Part shown: in pieces, positions 13,301-26,601 of the stretch
Layout: every line of letters starts with the position of its first letter
Numbering within the stretch: the stretch's first letter is position 1
NCBI GenBank assembly: GCA_051294375.1
Contig: CM119265.1
Span: 26,976,517-27,040,516, forward strand
Length of the DNA: 64,000 nt
Source of the DNA: Paraspadella gotoi
Taxonomy: Eukaryota; Animalia; Chaetognatha
Direction: 5' to 3'
Notes under the pieces: generated by a model
Told to the model about the DNA's origin: nothing
What the model saw: only the letters and a program-made list of their open reading frames with translations
Database searches by the model: none
Program-made: the position numbers and the translations under genes

Positions 13301-16300
13301 GTATAACGAGCCGCGCCAAGCCCATTCCGGCGAAACCGAAAGTCATTTTATCTCGAGGCGAGCGAGAGAGCGAGGATCCCGACCAGCTCGTATCGTCGAC
13401 GAGTGACGACCGCTCTTCAGCTGTCAAGTAGGCATCGCAGCGCTTCGAAGCGAATTTAAATGGGCGATAAGCAGATCTCGTCTCCTCTCTCGTCTCTCTC
13501 TCTCTCGTCTCTCTCTCTCTCTCTCTCTTCTCCTTCCGTTTGCATTTCAATCTTTTTTTCTTCCTGTCGAATCTTAGGAGAGAGAGAGAGAAAGAGAGAG
13601 AGAAGAGAGAGGAGAGAGAGAGAGAGAGAGGAGAGAGAGACGAGACGGAGAGACAGAGAGAGCAGAGAGAGAACAGAGAGAGTGAGTTGACGGGCGTTTC
13701 GGAAGCGGCGAAAAGNNNNNNNNNNNNNNNNNNNNNNNNNCCGAAAACGAGCCAAAAGTAAGAAAACTGATATTCTGACATTCTGACATAAACGATGATA
13801 TAATTTATTGAAAACTAAATATTTAAAAACTCAACTAAACTCAACTAAAAAGAAAAACGTGACAAAGCACCGCAGTATCATTCACAATGACAGCATTTCA
13901 GTATCTTTTACAATATCTTTTACAATATTGTAACGAGTTCTTCACCTGATCTTCATTTCGTCCGTCCCAGCAATCTAATTCAACGCACCTGTGGTCAAAG
14001 TTTTAATTAATAAGCGCTCTACATTGATTAATAATTGATCAATAATCAATATATTTAAACAAGGAAAATAACCTGCAACCAGCCAATAAAACTTGTCGGT
14101 ACATCTCGACCGACGATCGCCCGCCAAATTGTCGTCCGGTCAAATACGTGTTGTGGCTGGGGGAAAAAAAAGAAATAAAACCAACTAGTGCACTTAATAA
14201 TATTATATATAATATAAAGTTTCATACCTCGAATTAATGTAGTAGTGAGAAAGGGGTTGATCCATGTCCATGTAAACGTCGAGTCTAAACAATTTAATTA
14301 ATTAATGTTTAAAATTTAAGTGAAATTGTAAGAGGTATTAATTTAATAAGATCAATGAGCTTGAATTTTTCAAACTTATTTCCATATTTAAAAATATTTA
14401 ATTTACAAAATTTCAATTTTATAGTATTTGGCGGGATGATTTATTTTAAACTCTTATATATTTACATTTTGCTTAAAATCGTCTGGTAAATATAACGTTA
14501 TAATATATCATAATACAATTAAGTAACGATAATTAATAATCATTACCAACCTGTCCAAAAAACAAGGAGCGGATTCATGCGCCGTCATCATCGCGCGAAA
14601 TCCTTTGAAAGAAAGTAGTTCCTTCTTTCTCATTTCTGGATCCGGTTCGTGTCTAAGAAAAGGGAGAAGTTATCAAGGTTTAATAGAGGGGGGGCCATGT
14701 CACTCTCTCTCTCTCTCGTCCTGCTCTCTTCTCTCTTTCTTCTCTNNNNNNNNNNNNNNNNNNNNNNNNNNNNNNNNNNNNNNNNNNNNNNNNNNNNNNN
14801 NNNNNNNNNNNNNNNNNNNNNNNNNNNNNNNNNNNNNNNNNNNNNNNNNNNNNNNNNNNNNNNNNNNNNNNNNNNNNNNNNNNNNNNNNNNNNNNNNNNN
14901 NNNNNNNNNNNNNNNNNNNNNNNNNNNNNNNNNNNNNNNNNNNNNNNNNNNNNNNNNNNNNNNNNNNNNNNNNNNNNNNNNNNNNNNNNNNNNNNNNNNN
15001 NNNNNNNNNNNNNNNNNNNNNNNNNNNNNNNNNNNNNNNNNNNNNNNNNNNNNNNNNNNNNNNNNNNNNNNNNNNNNNNNNNNNNNNNNNNNNNNNNNNN
15101 NNNNNNNNNNNNNNNNNNNNNNNNNNNNNNNNNNNNNNNNNNNNNNNNNNNNNNNNNNNNNNNNNNNNNNNNNNNNNNNNNNNNNNNNNNNNNNNNNNNN
15201 NNNNNNNNNNNNNNNNNNNNNNNNNNNNNNNNNNNNNNNNNNNNNNNNNNNNNNNNNNNNNNNNNNNNNNNNNNNNNNNNNNNNNNNNNNNNNNNNNNNN
15301 NTCTTCGTCGTCGTCTTCGTCGTCGTTTTCGTCGTCTTCGTTGTCTTCGTCGTCGTTATCGTCGTTGTCGTCATTTTTATTGTCATCGTCGTCGTCATTA
15401 TCGTCATCAATTTCAACGTTGTTGTCAACGTTTTTATTTTTCTGTCATCTTTGTCCATCTTTCTCCTGCATCGTCGTCATCATCGTAGGTATTGCAGCAT
15501 CATCATCATCATCATCATCATCATCATTATCATCATCATCATCATCATCATCATCTTCATCTTCAGACTGAAATCGATCGAAATTTCGCTTGAAAATCTC
15601 GAACGTCGTTTTCACCTTAATTGCGCGCATGCGCGTCATCAAGAGGCGACGAATTTCAACTTCAACTTTCTCCCGCGCGCCTTTTTAGAGATGCAGATTA
15701 ACTTCAACTTTCTCCCGCGCCTCGACTTTTTTACCAGCCCGTCCGCACTCAAGCAAAAAAAAGGGATCGCTCTTTTTCAAACGAAGCGACGACACTAGCG
15801 GAAACAAAGAATAATAAATACGCGGGGGAAATTCAAACAAAGACGCGACAAGATTGAGNNNNNNNNNNNNNNNNNNNNNNNNNAGAATCGAGAATCGTGG
15901 TTTTTTTTTTAGCCGCGAATGCGAGCAGAGCAATTCCATTTAAGTCACTTTCCGGTCGGTCCGTCTGTCAGTTTAAATCCTATTCACCTTAAAAAAAAGC
16001 TCATAACTCGGGTAATACTGTAAGAGATGATTATTTAATATGATCTTAAAATGATATTGAATTTCTCAATCTAATTTACATATTGTAGTATTAAATCTAA
16101 ATGAATCTATTTTCATTTTGGATTTTAATATTAGTTCTGTTTTCCAGTAGCTAAACATAGTCTCCTATAATATACCCTGGTATAATACTTAATAAATTCT
16201 GTTGATATTTGGTATCGTTTAAGGATAAGCGATTATATTACAGTGAACTTTAACATGCATCTGTATCCTACTAGTGAGGTCACGTCATTAATTTTTAATC

Positions 16301-19300
16301 TTTATCATCAACGGTTTATGTTTAACATTAAAACGGAAATCATCCATCATTAATCCATCATTAATCTATCATTAATCGTGGTCTTTCTCAAGCTTTCCGG
16401 CGGAAGATTCATCATCGGAGAGAAAAAATACAAAAAGATCATTAAGCTAAAGAAAAAAAAAACATCAAAATGCCTAAAAGGAAAGCATCATTTATTTAAT
16501 CTTACATTGATTCATTTAAAGTTTATTTATTAAAAAAATGACCTTATTTTAGAATAGGGTAATGGTTTAAGTTAGGGATTAGGGTTAATGATTAGGTTAG
16601 GATTAGATTTGGATTAGATTAGGTTAGGATTTGGTTAGGATTAGGTTAGGATTAGGTTAGTATTAGATTAGGATTGGGTTAGGATTAGGTTAGGATTGGG
16701 TTAGGATTAGGTTAGGATAGGGTTAGGATTAGGTTAAGATTAGGTTAGGATTAGGTTAGTTCGGAATTACGTTTAGCATTAGTAAGAGATCAGGGATAAA
16801 AATTTGGGTCAAAATTAAGCTCAGGAAACCTCAGATACAACATTATTTTGTATCAACATTGTTGCCATGGAGATCACAAAAGGTTCGAGCGAGAGTCGTC
16901 GTCGTCGTCCGATCTATTTTTGTTCGGTAATGCTAAGATGATGATCACCACGACAACGACGACGACGACGACAATGATCACGACAATTTAACGATGAAAA
17001 CAACAACAACAACAACAACGACGACAACCCGCGACACGCGATTTTCGTCTTCGGACGTCGACCTCGCCAAGCAAACGAACTTTTGAGCGGGAACTCCATC
17101 CGTCCGTCCGCCCGTCTGTCAGTCTGTCCGTCCCGGTCAAAACCCAAGACAGACCTGTAAATCGTGTCCAAGCATCTTGCTTTGTCGTAAAAGGGAAAGA
17201 GAATTTCATTTAGTCTCGGATCGCGTTGGACTTCGTTGAAGAAAGTGATCATCTTGGGGATGGAGAGACCCTCGTCGCTCGAGACCAGACTTTCGTAGAT
17301 TTCCTAGAAATCGAACGTGAATTTCCGAGAAATACTCTTTTTCGTCATAAGAATCACGATAATCAAACGTCAATAGAATGACTGGAAGCTTCGACATCAT
17401 TTTCCTTATACGAACTACCAACTTCATCCAATATTAAAATTATCCATCCATTTAATAAATGAACCATCTTCCTCTTGACAACAGGCTAATATTATGGTTA
17501 AAATTAAATTCCCTGATAAAGCAACAGAAATAAGGGCCTCTTGGAAAAGAGTGCCATGTTTAATTCGTTGTTTCTCTCCCCCCCCCCAAGCTCCAAATCC
17601 CGAATTTGATTTTCTCACTTGAATTTCTGTCCTCGGCGAAATTCGATGACAAATTTCGAGAAAAACATCAAAGGAAAAATGTTGAGGTTCGATTTCTTCT
17701 CCTTTGCCTGAGGGGAGGCCGAGATCCTGTGTCATGTGCGAGGAGAAGGGGGAGGAAAGGAGGAGGAGAGGTGAGAAGGAGAAGGGGGGAGGAGGAGGAG
17801 GAGGTGAGAGAAGGGAGGAGGAGGTATTAGAGGTCTCAGAGCCTTATTCGAGCCTATGCTTCGACTTACTCAAAGGGTACATGAAATCATGATTTCATGA
17901 TTTTATGTTTATCATGCTCGCTCCAATCTACTATTTAAATGCAACTCCTGTTGTTAATTTCGGGCATCTACTTCTCCTCCTCCCTACTCCTCCTCTTAAC
18001 TCTCTATTATGAATTCATTACGGGAAAAGACTAACAATTATCTTCAGGCAACAAAGAGATATGAGAAAGAATTAATACGGTGAATCATGCTAGAATTCTT
18101 ACACTAAAATAAGAACGGGTAAGAAATATAGAAAACTTGGCAATGGATTTAACACGTATTACTTGATTCGATGAGTCTTATTGTCAGTTTTTCATTGTAA
18201 TGAATTCACTTTCTTGAAAGATTCATCTTATGAATCAGTTATGAGATTCGCGGTTAGAGACGAATTATTTTAGGTTGAAGTTTATAAATGAATTCATTAC
18301 AGCTAAAAATAACAGGTAAGAAAATTAAAGAACGCAACTGTTGGCAATGGTTAAACAGTCATTACTTGATTCGATGAGTCTTTGTCAGTTTCGCATGTAA
18401 TGAATTCACTTCTCAGATTCATTTATGTAAATGCAGTTGATGAGATCCTTAGAGAATAAATTATTTAGTTGAATCAATGCATGAATTCACTTACACTAAA
18501 ACAATAAAACGAGGTAAAGAAATGATAAAGAAACAACTTGGCAATGGTTAACAAGTTCATTAACTATGATTCGATGGTCTTTTGTTCCAGTTTTCATTGT
18601 ATGAATTTGTTTAATAAACAATGGAATAACAGTCAATGGCTTTATATAAATTACATTTAAAATTAAACAGAGATAATTAAAAAATTATAAAATTTGCGAA
18701 GGAAATTACAAAAAATATATTTTTCATTGGAGTTGAACCCGGATCTTGGCGACGGTAAAATAACGGTTAACCCCGTTGCTCTGTGGGATTCGATCCCGCT
18801 TATTTAAATTTCCAACTTGTTCACTAAAATAAAAAGAGTCATCTCGGGGATTGATCGCGGAACTGTTTAGTGAGCGACTATAATTTAGTGGTTTCGCACC
18901 CTCAGTGCGCTTACATAAGATCTCATCCAATTGTGCTAATTATGATAACATGATAGTTAGTAAATCATGTGGAACAAAAAGAACATTATAATATTTATAA
19001 GTTTTAACTACGGTACACTGTTTAGTAGTTATACAATTTCCATGGCTATGACTTTTATTTCCTTGTCTTCTTAGCAAAGATTTTCACATTGTTAACGATT
19101 ATCATGGACTTTGTATAATGTATTTCATTGTTAATGTTACCAATTAATATTATTGCACTGGTATAGTTAACTTTTTGCTTGTTGAGTCATATAGATATTC
19201 ATATAATCGAAATATCTATATGCTTTGTTATTATTAAGGTAATGATTTTAAGCTGAATCAAAATAAGAACTTTTTGTTTCCGAGACAATTTTTAGACGAA

Positions 19301-22300
19301 CAGAAAAACTGTTTCAGGGAATAAACTGCTTTGATTCGCGAACGCAGCGCCCGTAGAGGGTATTCATCAGCGCCGTGGAAAAGAGGTGGCGGGACGTTAA
19401 CGCGTGAATTCGCGCACATTGGTGACCCGACTAAGACAATAAGTGCCCTGCCTTTAACCAGGGCGCAACGGGCAACTTAAACGCAGTTCAGATCGAACGC
19501 CGCGTCACGCGGAAGCGACGCCTGCTAAAACGCCGCGGCAGGTTTTAGGTCGGATGCCTGTTGCCCACACTAGGAACAACCACTTCGAATCTCAGTCAGA
19601 ATTCCCTTCGCGTAGCAGGCAGCGCGAGGTCGAGGATATCGCTCTCGCACTCGCCAGGCATCGCGACTGAGGAGATACGAGACGAACGCTCCGGATCAAA
19701 CGTCTTCGACCTTTCTCCGTCGATTTTGAGTCTTCTAGACTCACGGAGCCATAAACACCCAAAAAAAAAAAAAAAGGAAATATGCGACGGAGAATGCTGA
19801 GGCACGACCGTCGCACAACAGAGAGCAGAGTTGACTCTTCGCGGCGCTGCATCGACCCGGCATGAGCGGCCAGCTCCGCGCTGCCAGCGACGGCCTCACA
19901 AGCGCCGACAAAGAGCCTAAGAAACCAGATCTTGCGCCGCGTTGACAAGAAAACATGAAATCTGGGATAAGGGAGAATTGAGGACAGCTATAGAGAGCCG
20001 CGAGTCGTCGCCGCTTATAGGATACTAGTTTGCCTTTCTGAATAGCGAAGATATAGTGGCTTGATCCAAGGATCAATGCGGTATCTTCTAAACGGCGATC
20101 CGTCAGAGTGCGAGATGGAGCGCAGGTTTTCTGCGACTACGTTGCGCATGGGCGATACTGGGCTCTAAAAGGCGGCGCGCAAGCCGAGATAATTCTCGAT
20201 GCCTTTGAGAATCAAGGGACCGCGAGTGACATGACAACCATGCGCAACATCTCGCCAAAGAATGGTGAGAAGGACGTGTCGTACGTCACGATTGATGGAC
20301 AGTCCTCAAGGAACTGATCATCAGAGTTTGCATCACTGTACCAAAAGCGAATGGTAATTGACCGAGCGCGTAGATTCAACTGCGGCCGGGAACTGACGCG
20401 CCATCGCGACTGGCACTTTGACGCTCAGGGAAACGCTGCAGTAAGAGCGAGCCAGCCCCACCAATCAAAACGTGGTATTGATGACGCAGCTCAAAAGAAT
20501 CGAGCGACGACGAAGATGCAATGGAGGTTCTAAATTTGTCAACAGGCGCCGGGATATCGCTCCAACCATTTGCAAGAACGAACCTGACCCCATCCTGGCA
20601 ACTGCTCGCGCCGGCGCCGCCAAAATTAGAACGGAGGGGCCACTTATCAAGGATCAGGAATTTGTCATTTCCATGTCAAAATAACGGCGACGCTCTTACG
20701 CTGGCGAGAAAGGGTGCGATCGATATGAAGAGAAGCTGCCCAGCAGCCGGGAAACGGCCGGGCGGGCGGCGCAGGTGAACGGCCGTGCCCCGCCGACTTG
20801 AGAGCTTCACACGTTCGACTGCCTACCTGCTGCAATGTGGTCGATGCAGCAGTGACGGCGAGCGTGTTTGGTTGTGGGGCCGCGAGCTCTCACTTATTCC
20901 CCTACAAGCCAGAAGCAGCGTGCCGCCGGCCCAGTGGGCCCACAAGCTTCAAGCGGCAAATGACGGCCAATCGCATGCTATGGTACGACAAGAGAACGAA
21001 TACTTGGTCCCGACTTTTTCCCTTCGAGCTGTATTGGTTGCGGACGTTACGCAGAGCATCCTTGCGCGACTTTCTCGCCGATTTTTGCCTGGCGGCCAAT
21101 CATCGCGATGACATACTCCTTTGACGCTGAAAGAATTTTTCTACCATTGCCTGCGCCGTTCTTATGGCCTAATCCCCTTTCACATGATTATGATTTCAAT
21201 GATTATTGGATATTGAATAACTTAATAAAGTAATATTATTCAATTTTTTTATCTTTGAATTATATGAGATTGAGTTAATAATTAAGTCGAGATTGAGCCT
21301 GCTGCAAACAATGTTCTCATCTGAAACTGAGAAACCCCCCCAAGGAATTTCTTCATAGATCAATGCAGGCAAAAATTCCTTTTGCCGCAACTCCCTGCTA
21401 ATGGAGAGAGAATTAACAAATATACACAGACCAGCTCGTCAGTCACTATTTGGGCAAATATCCATTTAAGGTGCGCATGGCCGCATTACAAAAGGAGGCA
21501 AAGTTCCCTACGGCAAAGGCTGATTCTTCGGCACTGGCACCTTCGTTTTGTCCCCAGGATGCTGCGTGATCAACTTTACACGGTAAAAAACGATTCTAAT
21601 TTAGGTAAGAGTTTTAAATTTTTTTGTTATGCTCCAATTTAAAAAATTGGCGATGTTACTAGGAAATATTTTTTATTAAATTCATGCAGTTTAAATTTTC
21701 ACGTTTTTAATTTTTTTAAGAGCAAAGACGCATGTCATCTGAAGAATTTATTTAATAATGCCAGAAAGATTGTTTTCCGGCTTTGGTAAGTTGAGAACAC
21801 TACTAGACTCGGTTCAAACTTCCTAAAAGAGCACCGAGATATTTTCGCAACGCTTCAACGCAAACAGAATTCGTACGTGGCAGGGATTCTCCACCGCTAA
21901 TGACGTTTGGCTTTCTGTCACCCATGAATCTCAATGCTTACAACTTCACTATCGTCAATTCCATCTTCCATCTGGTGCCAAACGTGAATAAACATGCAGC
22001 AATTTAAGAGGAGCCCTGTCAACCCGTGTCGCTTTTGGGAACGCAAACTGGTAGATAAACTTCGTCCATTTCACCTCGGTCAATCGGAAACTAAGTATTC
22101 TTTGTTTTAAAATGCCGAGTTGCACTTGTCATGGACTCGGTGGTTGGGTGTGTCCAGAAAGTTGCAATGGGGAAGAACAATTTGTTTGTTTTCCTTGTTC
22201 TGGAGAAACAATCTCAGAAGACAGTTGTTATGAACTTTGAGAATTTCTAAATTTAGGGAAAAAGGTTTCGGTTAAACAAAAAACTGTAGATATTGTCCAT

Positions 22301-24957
22301 ATTGCCTGTAGAGCTTTTGGACACAGAATTTTAATTTAGAAGAGCGCACTTAAAGCTCCGTATTCAAATGCGTGTAAGAGAAAAAATAAGACTTCTAAGT
22401 CTTCTGTTGCTCACAAACATTCATGATAATGAATTCATTATTTGTAATTGATTTCAATAATGCATTGAATTCACCTTCAATGAAAAATTGAATCTCGAAA
22501 GCTTAGGCGTTTTAATCGGAATATCCATGCTCCTCCGTCGCGATATTCGAACTGGATAATGAGGGTGGCCGAGAATTCGCCTTTCGACCACCTAAATCAG
22601 TCGCTGGACTTTTGACCGTTTGCGAGTCGAAAAGTTTGGTCGAATAACTGGCTCTGGCTATACGTCGGAGGAGGAGGGGGAGCGGGTGAGAGGATTATGA
22701 GATAGGAAAAGGAGAAAGTGCAGGTAAACACGAAAGCAAAAAGAATTGAAAAGAAAGAGAAAAGAAAACGAAAAGAGTTATATGTTAGAATAATTTGGGG
22801 CGTCGTTATCGTCAGTCCGCGTCGTCGTTGTCGTTTGTCGTCGTCGGTGTCGTTGGTCGTTCGTCGTGTCGTTTCGTCTGTCGTCGTCGTTGTCGCTGTC
22901 ATCGTTAACGTCGTTCCGTCAAGAATAATTTCTGTCAAATTGTGAGACTTAAAGACTTTGACATCAAGAGGTGACAGCCAACTTTAACCGATTATTTTAA
23001 AGAGGCAATTTTCTGGATAACTCCTCTCGCTTCTCTCTCTCCTCTCATCGTCTCTCGTCTCATCTCTCGTCTGTTTCTTTCTCTTTCTCTCTCTCTTGTC
23101 TCTTCTCTGTTTCTTCTCTTTCTCTCTCTCTCTCTTTCTGTTTCTTTCTCTCTCTCTCTGTTTCTTTCTTCTCTCTCTCGTCTACTTCTCTTTCTTCTCT
23201 TTCTCTCTTCTCTGTTTCTTCTCTCTCTCTCTCTCGTCTCTCGTCTCTCGTACGTCCGTCTCCTCTTCTCTGTCTCTCTCTCGTTCTCGTATCTCTTCTT
23301 TCCTCTCTCCTCGTCCTCTTTCTTTTCTTTTCTTCATAAGGTATTTTTTTAATTATTTTTTCATTAAGTTTTTTCTCTCTTCCTCAATTCAAATCTGATC
23401 AGCCACCTTTTTGCAAAAATTACTTTTTGCTCGTTTACTTTTTTTTCTCTTTTTTTTTCTTTTTTCGGTTTTTCTTTTTATTTATTCTTTTCAATTTTGA
23501 TTCTTGTTTTCGTCTTTGATTCGCAATTTTTCTCTTCTTCTCTTCCTTTTGTAGAAAATGTTTTTATATTTTCGTATGGCTAACGTGCACTCACGACGAA
23601 TTTCCGCTCCCGACGTGGAATTGTTTAACTCGAGTCCCGATGGAAAGTTTTTCAAAAACAACTTCAAAGGTTAATCAAGAAATCACTCGCGGTCAATTGT
23701 TATTGAGAGAGAAGTTAAAAATGCCCGCGAAAAATATTTTTACATCGAAAACGTTGAGCAAGAAAATTTCATCCACGTCTTTAAAGGTTTAACATTTTAC
23801 ACTTTTCTATTCTCATTTTTCCTTTTTCCTCTCTCCGTTTTCCTTCTCATTTTTATTCTGCTATCTATTACTCATTTTTCTTGATTTTTCTTTGTTCTTT
23901 CTCTCATATTCTCTTTTCTCCTCTCCCAGTCGCCTTGTTTTTTTCTCTTTTTTTCTTTTCCTCCATTTTATTTCTTTCCTTTCCTTTCTACTCATTCACA
24001 CTTTTCATTTATCCTCCTCTCATTCTCCTTCTATTCCTCTCATTTTCTGCCTCTTCTACTTCTATTCTTTCATTATAACGGCTCTCTATTCTCTAATATT
24101 AACTTCCCACTCATTCAAAATCATATTAAAACTTTTCGGACTCAAGAAGTTATTCTTTTTTCGATTGCATTTATTCAAAATAAAGAAAAAAACTTCTGCA
24201 GCCTTTGAAAGTTTTCAACAATGAATCTGAAAAGATAAATGTATTACTTTTATTTCCCACAAATCATAGAAAATTTAACATGCTATTGGTTTTTTTCTTC
24301 AAAACCCAGAAAACAAAAGTCTTTCGTCGAAGGCTTCGTTCCAGAGATTCGCCCTTTCTACACGCCACATCTTTCTCAGGCCTCCTTGTTCCCACGCCTG
24401 TTCCCAGACGACTCCTCTTTACCTAATCGCCACAGTTCCCGCATTTCTTTTGTTCCTTGACACTCCTTATCTCTGTTCCCTGTCCCTGCTTCCTGCTCCC
24501 AGCCTCCATGTTCTCTAATCATCCTGTTCCCCCATCCCTTTTTGTCCCAATCCCTTATCATCATCACCAAAACCGCTATTTCCACCAATCCCCTGTTCCC
24601 CAATCCCTGTCTTGTCCCCAAAATCCCTGCTCGCCTATCCCTATTCCTGCAAATCCCTATTCTCGGCCAAATCTCCTTATTCCCCCAATCCCCTATTCCC
24701 ACCATTCACCTGTTCCCATAAACCGGTTCCTCCCAAATCCCCTTTTTCCCCCAACTGGCCTTTTCCGCCCAATATCCGCCTGCTCCCCCAAATCGCCTGC
24801 TCCCCAATCCACCTTCAGATTTGAAGGAGAGTCCTTCTCGTTCTTCCCCATCGGAAAGTCTTGACGATATTTTTGACAGGAACTTTCATCGTTGCGCTAG
24901 CGCCTGCGATTGAGCTTGGATCCAAGTGTTTGCATCAGTTGATCCTAAAAGGGGGGG

Positions 24958-25053
<96 letters not shown>

Positions 25054-26349
25054 TTAAATAAGAAATAACAAAATTTTTATCACCTAAGATGCGATTCACA
25101 AAACCAGATATATATAAAATCTTGATTTCGATTTGATTCGTAAATTTTCGTGTAGCAGATATTCTTTTAACTCGACGCTTCGCCAGCAGGGTTTCCCCTT
25201 ACCAGTTTCAGCTTCGCCGAACTCGCCGATAGGTATATTTGTTGTCGGCATAGCAACATTGTGAACAAAAGCTCGAAGAGCCGGCGGCCCAAGCGGAGGC
25301 CTGTTCTTCTTCCTGCGCGATGAGAAGTAAATGAACCGCGTTTCACAGAAATCTGTGGAATTAGTTGTTCTTTCGTTGACGTATCGTTGTAACGTATTAT
25401 TACTATATTAATTATATGTAGCAAACAACAACGAAATCTGTAAAAATATTTAGCTGGCATACGAGGTGGTAGTCAGCATAAGAAACTTCTCGAATATTTT
25501 AGTTATAATAATTTCAAAATTACTTACATCAATCATAACTGTCTTGGGTGTTGTTCCAGTCCTTCGTATACTATAAAGTTCACTCGAAAGATGAAAACCG
25601 GCTCGTTCCCTCACGCCTGTCAGATGACACTATCCTGCCGAGTTCATCCACAAAACAGATGAAAACGCCTCCGTTCCTTCACGCCTGTCCCAGATGACAA
25701 CTATTGTCGAGTTCTCGCAACATGATGAAAACCCTCGTTCCTTCACGCCTTCGTTCGCAGATGCAACGTATCTGCGAGTTCTCCGCAAACAGATGAAACC
25801 TCCGTTCCCTCACGTTGTCCAGATGACGCCTATCCTGCCGACGCTACCTGTAACAGATGGAAAGGGAGAACATTCTCCCATCGACTGGTCTCATCCTCGC
25901 GTGAATGTCGAACGATGCTCTTGCAACTTTGGATCCAAGCGGAGTTTTGTCACTTGAAGGGAGAAAAATGAAGGGAGTGGAATTGAGAACCTAATAATAT
26001 TTTAAATAAATATTGGCGAAATCTAGAGAGAATAATATTAATATTATAGAANNNNNNNNNNNNNNNNNNNNNNNNNCAAAGCAAAAGAAAAATGAAGAAA
26101 GAAAAAAAAGAAAAGAGTTATATGTTAGAATATTTGGGCGTCGTTATCGTCGTCGCCGTCGTCGTTGTCGTTGTCGTCGTCGTTGTCGTTGTCGTCGTCG
26201 TTGTCGTTGTCGTCGTCGTCGTCGTTGTCGCTGTCATCGTTAACGTCGTCTCCGTCAACGAATATTTCTGTCAAATTGTGAGACTTAAAGACTTTGACAT
26301 CAGAGGTGACAGCAACTTTAACCATTATTTTAAAAGGAATTTCTGATAA

Positions 26350-26387
<38 letters not shown>

Positions 26388-26569
26388 NNNNNNNNNNNNN
26401 NNNNNNNNNNNNNNNNNNNNNNNNNNNNNNNNNNNNNNNNNNNNNNNNNNNNNNNNNNNNNNNNNNNNNNNNNNNNNNNNNNNNNNNNNNNNNNNNNNNN
26501 NNNNNNNNNNNNNNNNNNNNNNNNNNNNNNNNNNNNNNNNNNNNNNNNNNNNNNNNNNNNNNNNNNNNN

Positions 26570-26601
<32 letters not shown>

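Noticed and set aside
10180-13720. LTR pair formed by similar blocks at ~10180-10400 and ~13260-13720
   Set aside because: The similarity is patchy and lies in error-rich gap-fill sequence; no TG..CA ends, TSD or coding motifs could be established.
8836-15798. Long ORFs in the ORF track (313, 279, 397 aa and similar)
   Set aside because: They are open only because they cross N-gaps or low-complexity repeats.
22730-26051. Real tandem duplication of PLC PH/EF exons (mutually exclusive exons)
   Set aside because: The copy differs by dense random 1-bp indels typical of uncorrected long reads and abuts a gap; more likely redundant haplotype sequence.
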